Program-made: the position numbers and the translations under genes | Shown: one piece after another, positions 1 through 8,196 of the stretch | Layout: the number at the start of each line of letters is the position of its first letter | How positions within the stretch are numbered: the stretch's first letter is position 1 | Assembly (NCBI GenBank): GCA_027297845.1 | Contig: JAPUHG010000175.1 | Span: 1-26,540 of the forward strand | Direction of reading: 5' to 3' | Source: Gammaproteobacteria bacterium | GTDB taxonomy: Bacteria > Pseudomonadota > Gammaproteobacteria > Steroidobacterales > MnTg04 | DNA length: 26,540 bases | The notes under the pieces: generated by a model | What the model was told of the DNA's origin: nothing | The model's database searches: none | What the model saw: the letters and a program-made list of their open reading frames with translations, nothing else

Positions 1-2
1 CA

Positions 3-419
3 TTGGACAGAATCATCAATTTCTTTACCGAAGAAAGGCGCGGCCAATTACTCATGGATCTGTCGCTGAATATCAAAGCGTTGATCTCCCAACGGCTGAT
101 ACCGCGAGAGGGTAGCAAGGGGCGAGTCGCAGCAATGGAAATCCTGCTGGCATCGCCACTGATCAACGACCTGATCCTCCGCGGTGAGATCCACCAGCTC
201 AAGGAAATCATGGCCAAATCGAATCGCCTGGGGATGCAGACCTTCGATCAGGCTTTGTTTGAATTATACGAGGCTGGGACTATTGCCTATGACAATGCGA
301 TGCGTAACGCAGATTCAAAGAATGAGCTCCGTTTGCGGATCAAGCTGGAAAGCGAGCGGGATTCTTCGAGCGATGATGCGGCAGCCGAAAATCTCGCGGT
401 TGTTGGTGAGGAAAAATAG
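3..419 (+). CDS. pilU: Type IV pilus retraction ATPase PilU, C-terminal fragment (5' end outside the window)
   Basis: Translation has the PilT/PilU C-terminal motifs ISQRLIP, GRVAAMEIL, GMQTFDQALFELY and NADSKNELRLRIKL. The RIINFF...R.QLLMDLSLN start is typical of PilU. Confidence 0.88.
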   Translation: MDRIINFFTEERRGQLLMDLSLNIKALISQRLIPREGSKGRVAAMEILLASPLINDLILRGEIHQLKEIMAKSNRLGMQTFDQALFELYEAGTIAYDNAMRNADSKNELRLRIKLESERDSSSDDAAAENLAVVGEEK

Positions 420-486
420 CCTGCATATTGCGGGCTGACTGCTGGAGCAGGGACTGATTCCGGCTGCCTGAAAACAAGGATATACA

Positions 487-1542
487 ATGAACACAAAGCC
501 TTTATTCAAACTGATGGTGGAAAAGAACGCTTCCGATCTTTTCTTTACGACTTATGCGCCGGTAAAAATCAAGATCGAGGGCCGCATCATGCCGGTCAAC
601 AAGATTGAACTGACGCCAAAAATGGTCAAACAGGCCGCGCTTGGCCTGATGAATGAAGAACAGATCGAGTTCTTCAACAAGCATCTCGAAGTCGATTTCG
701 CTATTTCCGAGCCGGGGCTGGGCCGGTTCCGCGCCAATGTTTTCCATCAGCGCGGCAATGTGGCCATGGTCCTGCGCTATGTTACTTCCGAGATGCCGCG
801 TCTGGATGACCTGGGATTGCCGCTGGTGCTCAAGGATCTGGCGATGATCAAACGCGGCCTGATCCTGATGGTTGGCGCGACCGGATCGGGCAAGTCAACG
901 ACGCTCGCGGCGATGATCAATCACCGCAACGAAAAGGTTTCCGAACACATTATTACCATCGAAGATCCGATCGAGTTTCTGCACCCCAACCTGAAATGCA
1001 TCATCAACCAGCGCGAGCTGGGGCTGGATACCCGGTCTTATGAAATCGCCCTGCGCAGCGCGATGCGCGCGGCACCCGATGTCATCCAGATCGGCGAGAT
1101 CCGCGACCGCACGACCATGGATGCCGCGCTGACCCTGGCGGGGACGGGACACCTGGCGATCGCGACCCTGCACGCGAATAACGCGCCGGAAACACTCGAC
1201 CGGATCATCAACATGTATCCGGTCCAGCAGCAGGCGCAGATTTTCATGGACTTGTCCCAATATATGAAAGCAATCATTTCGCAACGGTTGGTTATGGGCA
1301 AGGACAAACGCCGGGTGGCCGCGGTGGAAGTCTTGCTCAACACCCCCCATATTTCGGAGCTGACGCTGAAAGGCGATATTTCCGGGGTTAAAGAAGCGCT
1401 GGCAGACAGCGACGAAGCTGGAATACAGGATTTCGATACCGCATTGTTCAGCCTTTACCGTGAAGGGCGGATCGAGCTTGAAGAAGCGTTGGTCAACGCC
1501 GACTCGAGGACCAATCTGGAAACGAAAATCAACTTCGGCTAA
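487..1542 (+). CDS. Second PilT/PilU-family type IV pilus ATPase (PilU-like paralog), 351 aa
   Basis: Walker A GATGSGKST, Asp box ITIEDPIEF, Walker B DVIQIGEIRD and His box ATLHANNA are present. PilT's AIRNLIRE motif is absent. SD-like AAGGA lies upstream of the ATG. Confidence 0.9.
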   Translation: MNTKPLFKLMVEKNASDLFFTTYAPVKIKIEGRIMPVNKIELTPKMVKQAALGLMNEEQIEFFNKHLEVDFAISEPGLGRFRANVFHQRGNVAMVLRYVTSEMPRLDDLGLPLVLKDLAMIKRGLILMVGATGSGKSTTLAAMINHRNEKVSEHIITIEDPIEFLHPNLKCIINQRELGLDTRSYEIALRSAMRAAPDVIQIGEIRDRTTMDAALTLAGTGHLAIATLHANNAPETLDRIINMYPVQQQAQIFMDLSQYMKAIISQRLVMGKDKRRVAAVEVLLNTPHISELTLKGDISGVKEALADSDEAGIQDFDTALFSLYREGRIELEEALVNADSRTNLETKINFG

Positions 1543-1590
1543 CGCGCGCTCCCTGCACCCGGCGATTACCGCCTTGACGCAATATGCGGG

Positions 1591-2481
1591 CTAGGCAGCG
1601 TAAATGCTGCGGGCGTCGAACACCGGTCCGTCGACACAGACTCTTTTCATCGCGGGGCCGTTTTCGGTTTGTATTTCCACGGTGCAGCCGGCACAACCAC
1701 CCACGGCGCAAGCCATGAATTCTTCCAAACATATCTGGCAGGCCAGATCGAAGTCACGGGCCAGGCTGGCGCTTGCCGCAAGCATGGGCTCAGGCCCGCA
1801 GGCAAATATCTCCACCTCGGCCAGCTCTTCCGTACTCATGGCTTGCAGGCAGGCACGCGCCAGTTCGGTGACAAAACCCTTGTAGCATCCGGAAAACCCG
1901 GACAGGCTCGCCAGTCGGGAAGCGACACCGATTGATTCCATCAATGGCATGCCTTGGTTGACCTGTTTGCCGGGTCCGGTTACCGGCAACGCTGATTTTT
2001 CCGGCTGAAAAGGAAATGGGAGTTCGGAGCCCATTAGAACCAGTGGCTGTTTCGCAGCGCCATCATCGGCGGCCATGCGCTCCGCGAGGAAGATCATCGG
2101 TGGAATTCCTACGCCGCCACCGATCAACATGGGCCTGGATTTCTTGCGGCTGGCGACGAATGGATTGCCGATAGGTCCGATGATGCTAACCGAGTCACCG
2201 CTTCGACGACTCGACAGATGGCGCAGGCCATCGCCAATGACTTTATAGAGAAGTTCGATCCAGCCTTCCTCCGCGCTGGCCCGCATAATGGAAAGTGGAC
2301 GCCGCATCGGGACGGCCGGGTCACAACAGACATGGGCGAAGGAGCCGGGCAGGGCGCTGGCGGCGCACCGAGGCGCATGCAAGCGCGTAACGTATTGCTG
2401 ACCGGGATATTCTTCCTGGGACAGCACCACCGCGTCATCTACAAAAATTGTGCCGCGATGTTCTTGGTCGCCACCGCTCAA
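1591..2481 (-). CDS. pyrK: Dihydroorotate dehydrogenase electron transfer subunit-like protein (PyrK family; FAD/NAD-binding plus 2Fe-2S)
   Basis: RRPLSI FAD motif, IGGGVGIPP NAD motif, ACGPEPML, and C-terminal MACAVGGCAGC...RVCVDGPVF 2Fe-2S cluster motif. Overlaps the pyrB stop by 4 nt. Confidence 0.8.
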   Translation of the reverse strand: MSGGDQEHRGTIFVDDAVVLSQEEYPGQQYVTRLHAPRCAASALPGSFAHVCCDPAVPMRRPLSIMRASAEEGWIELLYKVIGDGLRHLSSRRSGDSVSIIGPIGNPFVASRKKSRPMLIGGGVGIPPMIFLAERMAADDGAAKQPLVLMGSELPFPFQPEKSALPVTGPGKQVNQGMPLMESIGVASRLASLSGFSGCYKGFVTELARACLQAMSTEELAEVEIFACGPEPMLAASASLARDFDLACQICLEEFMACAVGGCAGCTVEIQTENGPAMKRVCVDGPVFDARSIYAA

Positions 2482-3431
2482 GATTTTTTCCCATCGGCGA
2501 TAGCTGCAAGCACCGCCATGCGTATCGCGACACCGTTGCCAACCTGTTGGCGAACCACCGACTGGCGGCCATCGGCAATTTCACTATCCATTTCGATTCC
2601 GCGGTTAATCGGACCCGGGTGCATGACGATCGCGTTTCCTCTGGCCAGCTTAAGACGTTGCGGGGTCAGGCAGTATTGTTTCCGGTAACTATCCAGATCC
2701 GGTATATCCCCGGATTGCATGCGCTCCTTTTGCAGGCGCAACATCATGACGACATCACAGTCGGCTATTCCCGCATCAAAATTCGTGTAGCGGCGTCCAT
2801 GGGTCAGTTCGTTGGATTCCGGGAGCAGGTTTTCGGGGGCAATCAATCGAAGATCATCTACGCCGAGCGCCAGCAGTGCCTGATAGGTCGATCGGGCCAC
2901 CCGCGAATGACGAATATCGCCGGTGATGGCGATGCTGAGATTTTTGAAATTCTTGTTGTGCTGGCGAATGGTGAAAACATCGAGCAGGCCCTGGGTTGGA
3001 TGTGATAGCTGACCCTCACCAGCATTGATCAAACTGGCGCGGTCGCCCAATTGAGCGACGATGTTGCTCATCAGACCCGCCGCCTTGTGGCGGACGACAA
3101 AAATATCGACGGCCATGGATTGAATGGTGAGCAAGGTGTCCAATACGGTTTCGCCCTTTGCTGCGGACGATGTCGGAATCACCAGGTTGACGACATCTGC
3201 GCCCTGGCGACGGGCTGCGAGTTCAAACGAAATCTTGGTTCGGGTGCTGGCTTCAAAAAACAGCTGGCAGACAGTCAGTCCATTAAGCGCGCCGTCACCG
3301 GGCCCGGGTTTCCCGGGAGCCAGCAAATAGGCTTTCGCCCGGTCCATCAGTCCGGTCAACAAATCCCCGCTCAAGCCATCCAGTGTGACCAGGTGACGGA
3401 GACGACCCTGGCTGTCGAGCTGTTCATTCAC
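2478..3431 (-). CDS. pyrB: Aspartate carbamoyltransferase catalytic subunit
   Basis: FFEASTRT carbamoyl-phosphate motif, HPTQGLLD, GDIRHSRVARS, MLRLQKER and HPGPINRG. Confidence 0.96.
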   Translation of the reverse strand: MNEQLDSQGRLRHLVTLDGLSGDLLTGLMDRAKAYLLAPGKPGPGDGALNGLTVCQLFFEASTRTKISFELAARRQGADVVNLVIPTSSAAKGETVLDTLLTIQSMAVDIFVVRHKAAGLMSNIVAQLGDRASLINAGEGQLSHPTQGLLDVFTIRQHNKNFKNLSIAITGDIRHSRVARSTYQALLALGVDDLRLIAPENLLPESNELTHGRRYTNFDAGIADCDVVMMLRLQKERMQSGDIPDLDSYRKQYCLTPQRLKLARGNAIVMHPGPINRGIEMDSEIADGRQSVVRQQVGNGVAIRMAVLAAIADGKKS

Positions 3432-3497
3432 GCCTGATTACCGCTCTCTTGCAGACCACTGCGCTGCGCATCCTAATGAATCGCTCTCTCGTTGTCA

Positions 3498-3992
3498 TCA
3501 ACTGGCTTCGCTCAGCCACTGCTGGAGGATCAATCGAGCGGCTTCCCGGTCAATCAAACCGCGGCTGATTCGTCTTTTGCGCAAGCCGTCGCGGCGTTCC
3601 TCACGCAACTGATCCAGCGCCTCACTGGAACTCAGTCGTTCATCGATCGCCTGGACCCGTATGCCGCTTCTTTTTCTGAGTTCGCCGGCGAATTGTAAAG
3701 CTAACCGCGACATTTCACTCGGACTGCCATCCATGTTGCACGGATATCCCACCAGCAACAGGGCGGGCTGCCACTCATGCAATATTTTTTCGATAGCCGG
3801 CCAGTCGGGTTCGGACGCGGAGTGCGTTACGACGGCAAGCCCCCGGGCATTGGCAAGCAAGGTTTCACCGACAGCAACGCCGATGCGTTTCAGGCCAAAA
3901 TCAAAGGCGATCAGCGTGCCTTTCGCGTTCTTTGAATCCTGCTCGTTGAATTCAGCCAGCTCTGGTGGCTCGCCAGCGCCATGATCAGGCAT
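3498..3992 (-). CDS. ruvX: Holliday junction resolvase-like / pre-16S rRNA nuclease RuvX (YqgF)
   Basis: LIAFDFGLKRIGVAVG, LLVGYP, IDERLSS and IDREAA motifs. The start is probably ATG at 3992 (8-nt overlap with the algH stop) or 4001, not the track's 4088. Confidence 0.92.
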   Translation of the reverse strand: MPDHGAGEPPELAEFNEQDSKNAKGTLIAFDFGLKRIGVAVGETLLANARGLAVVTHSASEPDWPAIEKILHEWQPALLLVGYPCNMDGSPSEMSRLALQFAGELRKRSGIRVQAIDERLSSSEALDQLREERRDGLRKRRISRGLIDREAARLILQQWLSEAS

Positions 3993-4548
3993 GGCCGGCA
4001 TAATTGCTGATATTTTGAAGATCCACGCCGAGCAGGGCGGCGGCTGACTCCCAACGTTTCTCAAACGGCGTAGCAAACAATATTTCATGGCTTGATGGCA
4101 CCGTCAGCCATGCGTTTTCCGCGACTTCATGTTCCAGTTGCCCGGCCGTCCAGCCGGCATAACCCAGCGCGACAATGGCTTGGTCCGGGCCCTCTCCCCT
4201 GGCCATCGCCTGCAGGACATCCTGCGAAGTGGTTACCTGGATTTGCTTGCCGGTCTCCATGCTGGAGTCCCACTCGCCTTTTGGGTTATGCAGCACGAAG
4301 CCTCGTTCCGGTTGCACCGGTCCGCCCAGGAGTATCGGCACGGTCTCACTGACATCCGGGTTGCGGTCGAGTTTGAGTTGATCGAAGATATCGCCGAGGT
4401 TGAGATTCATCGGTCGATTGATCGTAATCCCCAGCGCGCCCTGATCATTGTGCTCGCAAATATAGGTTACGCTGCGATGAAAATTGGGGTCGCCCATCGC
4501 TGGCATCGCGATGAGAAAGTGATCGTTCAGGAAGGTATCTTCGACCAT
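3985..4548 (-). CDS. algH: YqgE/AlgH family protein
   Basis: HFLIAMP..DPNFHRSVTYICEH, GGPV, LGYAGWTAGQLE.E...NAWL and C-terminal AGHA. Sits in the conserved position before ruvX. Confidence 0.93.
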   Translation of the reverse strand: MVEDTFLNDHFLIAMPAMGDPNFHRSVTYICEHNDQGALGITINRPMNLNLGDIFDQLKLDRNPDVSETVPILLGGPVQPERGFVLHNPKGEWDSSMETGKQIQVTTSQDVLQAMARGEGPDQAIVALGYAGWTAGQLEHEVAENAWLTVPSSHEILFATPFEKRWESAAALLGVDLQNISNYAGHA

Positions 4549-4611
4549 GCTCTCAAGTATAGGCGAACAGCAAAGGAATTCGGGACATTTTGCACCCGCT
4601 TTGCCATAACG

Positions 4612-5475
4612 CTATTCACCGGAGATGAATTGCCACTCATAAGCGAATCGTACGACATCGTATTTTTTTCGTAACTCGTCCGGGAACGGATCGAAAGGCG
4701 CTGCCAGGCGCAATGTCCGTAGCGCCGCCTCATCCAGGTATCGCTGGCCGGAGGATCTCAAGACGATGATTTCGCGCAACAGACCGTCTGACTGAACGAC
4801 AACTTCCAGAGTGGGATTGCGGGCGCCGCTGGTGTTTCCCGGGTAGTTCTGCGTGCCGACCATTTCGATTTTGCGTTTCCAGGAGTCCAGGTAAACGGCA
4901 ATATCGGAAGAGGTTGTATCGGCGGTAATGCGCAGTTCGCGGGTACCTTTGAGCTTCGCGTTTTCATCAATATCAGCGATTACGTCGAGGCTTAGATCGT
5001 TCTGCTGACGATCGGTCGGCCGTTGACGCGTCAGATCCGGCTGCTCACTGGGGTCCGGCACCGTGTTGACCTTGCGCTCGTTTTCGGCACGGCTGGCGAG
5101 GACTTCGCGTTGTTTGGTGCGCGAACCGGGGTCTGAAAAATCGAGATCGTGTGCGCCGGGCAGACCATCCTGTGGCAGGCTGGCGGGAACCGGTAACGGG
5201 GTAGTCGGCAAATTGGTTTCGGCATTCGTGCCGCTGCCAGCCTGGCTGGATTGTGCCTGGTACTCGGCCTCGCGCTCGTCCTTGTCATCCGTCGGATTGA
5301 CCAGCAATGCTACCTGCAGCGATGGCCGATAGGGCTGATCGGATGGCAAAATGGGGGCAAAGCTGATGCCGAGGATGATGATACCGTGAAAAACCACAGC
5401 GACAAAAATGGTGGTGCCCATTCTGTCCTTGATCGTGGTCTCTGTCGCCAGCTGATCACTCATCTGATAATCCAT
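4612..5475 (-). CDS. tonB: Energy transducer TonB family protein (TonB3-like position between gshB and algH)
   Basis: N-terminal TM helix with His (IFVAVVFHGIIILGISF), Pro/acidic linker and TonB C-domain (YLDSWKRKIE, RSSGQRYLDEAA, AAPFDPFP). An alternative start at 5463 is possible. Confidence 0.85.
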   Translation of the reverse strand: MDYQMSDQLATETTIKDRMGTTIFVAVVFHGIIILGISFAPILPSDQPYRPSLQVALLVNPTDDKDEREAEYQAQSSQAGSGTNAETNLPTTPLPVPASLPQDGLPGAHDLDFSDPGSRTKQREVLASRAENERKVNTVPDPSEQPDLTRQRPTDRQQNDLSLDVIADIDENAKLKGTRELRITADTTSSDIAVYLDSWKRKIEMVGTQNYPGNTSGARNPTLEVVVQSDGLLREIIVLRSSGQRYLDEAALRTLRLAAPFDPFPDELRKKYDVVRFAYEWQFISGE

Positions 5476-5896
5476 CGCTGCGCGTTACTTGTGCTGGTAA
5501 TGTGCCGTCTGAAACATACCAATGATGATACCAGTCTTCGCTGTCAATCAAATCGATACACGCTGGCAGCGTTAAGCGAAGACGGTCTTGGAAATTGAGT
5601 GTGAGCACACCATTGTCGTAAGTCGAGCATTTCAAAACCGTCGAGTAAAGAGGCGCACATTTTGAGAAAAATGTCTCCTCATCGCCGTCTTTATTGTATT
5701 CATCTGATTCAGCAATCAGAGAATCTGATTGGTACAATTCCCATGGCGGATCGATCCATATGTAGGGTTTTCCGCGTTGATCGATATTTGTGTTGAAACG
5801 GAGCTTCAACGAGTTCGTTACAATTGTCGAACTCAGCGGCGCGCCAGCTAATGAAGCCAGTCGCGCTACGTTTTCCTCTGTCGTTAAGAAATTCAT
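5456..5896 (-). CDS. Hypothetical acidic protein, 146 aa, AT-rich (probably horizontally acquired)
   Basis: The only substantial ORF filling the apbE-tonB gap, and co-oriented with the operon. Three sampled 60-nt lines gave 40-45% GC against 68% in a sampled apbE line. No family recognised with confidence. Confidence 0.7.
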   Translation of the reverse strand: MNFLTTEENVARLASLAGAPLSSTIVTNSLKLRFNTNIDQRGKPYIWIDPPWELYQSDSLIAESDEYNKDGDEETFFSKCAPLYSTVLKCSTYDNGVLTLNFQDRLRLTLPACIDLIDSEDWYHHWYVSDGTLPAQVTRSDGLSDE

Positions 5897-5926
5897 TGAG
5901 CATCAAATAACAAAGTAAAAATCGCT
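5474..5926. repeat. 6-bp direct repeat ATCGCT (5474-5479 and 5921-5926) bounding the AT-rich segment
   Basis: Both copies read directly from the sequence. One overlaps the tonB start codon and the other the apbE stop codon. Confidence 0.5.
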
Positions 5927-6959
5927 AGGGCATATCGACAATGACGACCTTCATTTCGTCAGGATTTTCCAGCGTTACCCTGTTTGCCATTGCCGAGGTC
6001 ATTTCTATGTGACCATCGCTGGCGACCAGCATGACCAGTTCTACGCCCAGGGCTTCCGCCAGCGTTGGCCACGCGCCCGGCCCCGCCACGAACAATGCGG
6101 TTGCCGATGCATCGGCGATTCCCCCATTGCCGCCGATGACGGTCAACGACATGGTCCCGTTCACCGGATAGCCGGTCTCCGGATCGAGAATATGGTGATA
6201 GCGAACCCCTTCGTGTACAAAAAATCGCTCGTAATCGCCCGATGTAAAAACGCTTTCATCACCGCTGATATCGATGCCGGCGATGACGCCCGCGCGTCGT
6301 GGATGGCGTATCCCTATACGCCAGGCGCGGTCATTGTGCCGGCCGATGGCGCGCAGATCGCCGACCGCATTGATGACCGCATTCTCGATTCCGTCCTCTC
6401 GCAACAGAGCTATCGCGCGATCGATGGCCAGCCCCTTGGCAAACCCGCCTAAATCGATTGCCCACCCACCCGCCGGCGATACCAGGCGGTTGCCCTGCCA
6501 CGCAATTTGCTGCTGATCGGGCATCGCCGCCAGGAGTTCCAATAACCTTTCCCGGTCAGGCGGGGCCGAGATCGGCTTTGCTTCATTGAATCCCCATTCC
6601 CTGACCAGTGCCGCCACGGCCGGATCGAAACGGCCCCCACTCAGTTTTTTGTAGGACAGCGCCTGTCTGACGGTTGCCACCAACTCGTCGTCAGCAGCCG
6701 CCGAACCCGTGTTCATCAGCTGCATATTGAAGCTGGCGAGTGCGCCATCGTCCCAGGGGTGCCATCGTCGATGCAGTGTCTCGAACAAGATCTTTATCTT
6801 GTCGCCCGCGCGCCGCGCTCGTGACTCCGATACGGCGGCGATGGAAATTTCGACCCGGGTGCCAAAAGCGGGAAATGTCGTATGCCAGACCGGCGGTTTC
6901 GGTTCGCAGGAGATTGTCAGCAACGCGGCGCCGAAAATCAGGAGGTGTCCAGGCCGCAT
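5925..6959 (-). CDS. apbE: FAD:protein FMN transferase (ApbE family lipoprotein)
   Basis: Lipobox-like LTISC, FGTRVEISI, GRFDPAV, DLGGFAKG, SVFTSGDYERFF, RYHHILDPETGYP and ADASATAL. Confidence 0.92.
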   Translation of the reverse strand: MRPGHLLIFGAALLTISCEPKPPVWHTTFPAFGTRVEISIAAVSESRARRAGDKIKILFETLHRRWHPWDDGALASFNMQLMNTGSAAADDELVATVRQALSYKKLSGGRFDPAVAALVREWGFNEAKPISAPPDRERLLELLAAMPDQQQIAWQGNRLVSPAGGWAIDLGGFAKGLAIDRAIALLREDGIENAVINAVGDLRAIGRHNDRAWRIGIRHPRRAGVIAGIDISGDESVFTSGDYERFFVHEGVRYHHILDPETGYPVNGTMSLTVIGGNGGIADASATALFVAGPGAWPTLAEALGVELVMLVASDGHIEMTSAMANRVTLENPDEMKVVIVDMP

Positions 6960-6976
6960 TTTTGAGCAAGGCGTTA

Positions 6977-7948
6977 TTAGCCGGTTTCCTCTGTCAGCCT
7001 GGCCTGAATTGCATCCATGATCTGGCCCCCGATATCCAATTCAAATTCAGCATCCAGCTCCCTGATGCAAGTCGGGCTGGTCACGTTGATTTCGGTCATG
7101 TAGTCGCCGATCACATCCAGACCGACAAACAACAACCCCTTTTCTTTCAGGGCCTGGCCGATCTGGGTACAAATCCAGTAATCACGCTCAGTCAACGGCA
7201 GGCCGCGGGAACTGCCACCGGCTGCAAGATTGCCGCGCGCTTCTCCCTCGGCTGGGAAACGGGCAAGCGCATAGGGCACCGGCTCGCCATCGATCAGCAA
7301 TATTCGTTTGTCACCGGTTTCACTGATTTCCGGCAGAAACTGCTGCGCCATCGTAAATTGCCGTCCGAAGTCAGTCAGGGTTTCGGCGATTACGCTGCTG
7401 TTGGGGTCATCCCTGGCGACTATAAAAATCGATTTTCCGCCCATCCCATCCAGTGGTTTCAAAACGATCTTTTCGTGTGCCCTGGCAAATGCCTTGATTC
7501 GCGTGATCGATCTGGTGATCAGAGTGTCCGCGCAACATTGCGGAAACCAGGACATGTAGACCTTTTCGTTGGCATCGCGGAGGCTGGCTGGATTATTGAT
7601 GACCAGCGAGCCTTGTTCCTGCGCCAGTTCAAGGATATAGCTGGTGTAGATGTATTCCATGTCGAACGGCGGGTCTTTTCGCATCAGAACGACATCGAGA
7701 TCGGCCATTGGCATTTCTTCACCATCGCCCAGCGCAAACCAGTCCGTCGTCTGGTCGCGCACTTCCAGTGGCCTGGTCCTGGCCATGGCCTTGCCATTCT
7801 CCACCCACAAATCGCTCTGCTCCATATAGCGTAATGTCCAGCCACGGGCCGAGGCGGCCAGCAACATCGCGAATGTGCTGTCTTTGTATGGCTTTATATC
7901 GGCGATCGGGTCCATGACGACACCGAAAACGACTGAATTCCCGTTCAT
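6977..7948 (-). CDS. gshB: Glutathione synthase
   Basis: VMDPIADIKPYKDSTFAM, VLMRKDPPF, NEK, VLKPLDGMGG, GDKRILL, RGNLAAGG and VGLDVIG.YMTEINVTSPT. Confidence 0.97.
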   Translation of the reverse strand: MNGNSVVFGVVMDPIADIKPYKDSTFAMLLAASARGWTLRYMEQSDLWVENGKAMARTRPLEVRDQTTDWFALGDGEEMPMADLDVVLMRKDPPFDMEYIYTSYILELAQEQGSLVINNPASLRDANEKVYMSWFPQCCADTLITRSITRIKAFARAHEKIVLKPLDGMGGKSIFIVARDDPNSSVIAETLTDFGRQFTMAQQFLPEISETGDKRILLIDGEPVPYALARFPAEGEARGNLAAGGSSRGLPLTERDYWICTQIGQALKEKGLLFVGLDVIGDYMTEINVTSPTCIRELDAEFELDIGGQIMDAIQARLTEETG

Positions 7949-7982
7949 ATACGCTCGATTCTCCGGCCAGCGTGCATGGGTT

Positions 7983-7988
7983 ATTCTA
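7983..7988 (-). promoter_or_regulatory. Candidate sigma70 -10 box (TAGAAT) for the gshB operon
   Basis: TAGAAT on the minus strand about 35 nt upstream of the gshB ATG. No convincing -35 box. Confidence 0.3.
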
Positions 7989-8196
7989 TTGCTGCGGCCA
8001 AGCTTGCATCATAGCAAAGGGTGGCCCCGCAGAGCCGCTTTCCGTGTGGGTGACGGCAGCGGCCCCAATATGTTAAAACCCCCATCAACACAGTGATTCA
8101 GTTACTGGATTAGCAAAGATTTTTTCACACCTGCAGTAGGAGTCCGGCAGATTCCTAAAATGGACCGGCAGGTGGCGGCGAACAGGAGTAGTGCTA

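Noticed and set aside
423-1592. Similar 14-mers GCATATTGCGGGCT (423-436) and GCAATATGCGGGCT (1579-1592) downstream of each pilU paralog
   Set aside because: Only 11/14 identical, two copies, weak hairpins and no U-tract; the second overlaps the pyrK stop. Compatible with chance.
3428-3475. 15-codon ORF (MRSAVVCKRAVIRRE) overlapping the pyrB start, considered as a leader peptide or pyrR remnant
   Set aside because: No SD, no attenuator hairpin or U-tract, and no recognisable PyrR similarity.
5456-5924. Integron cassette or IS interpretation of the AT-rich insert
   Set aside because: No RYYYAAC...GTTRRRY attC site, no transposase and no long terminal inverted repeats. Kept only as an unexplained insertion.
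6740-7834. 364-aa plus-strand ORF
   Set aside because: Antisense shadow of gshB/apbE with no recognisable motifs. Long shadow ORFs are expected in GC-rich coding DNA.
7949-8196. Possible sigma54 (-24/-12) site in the gshB-pilG divergent region
   Set aside because: The best match (GG-GCCACCCTTT-GC, minus strand) lacks the TGGCAC core; too weak to call.
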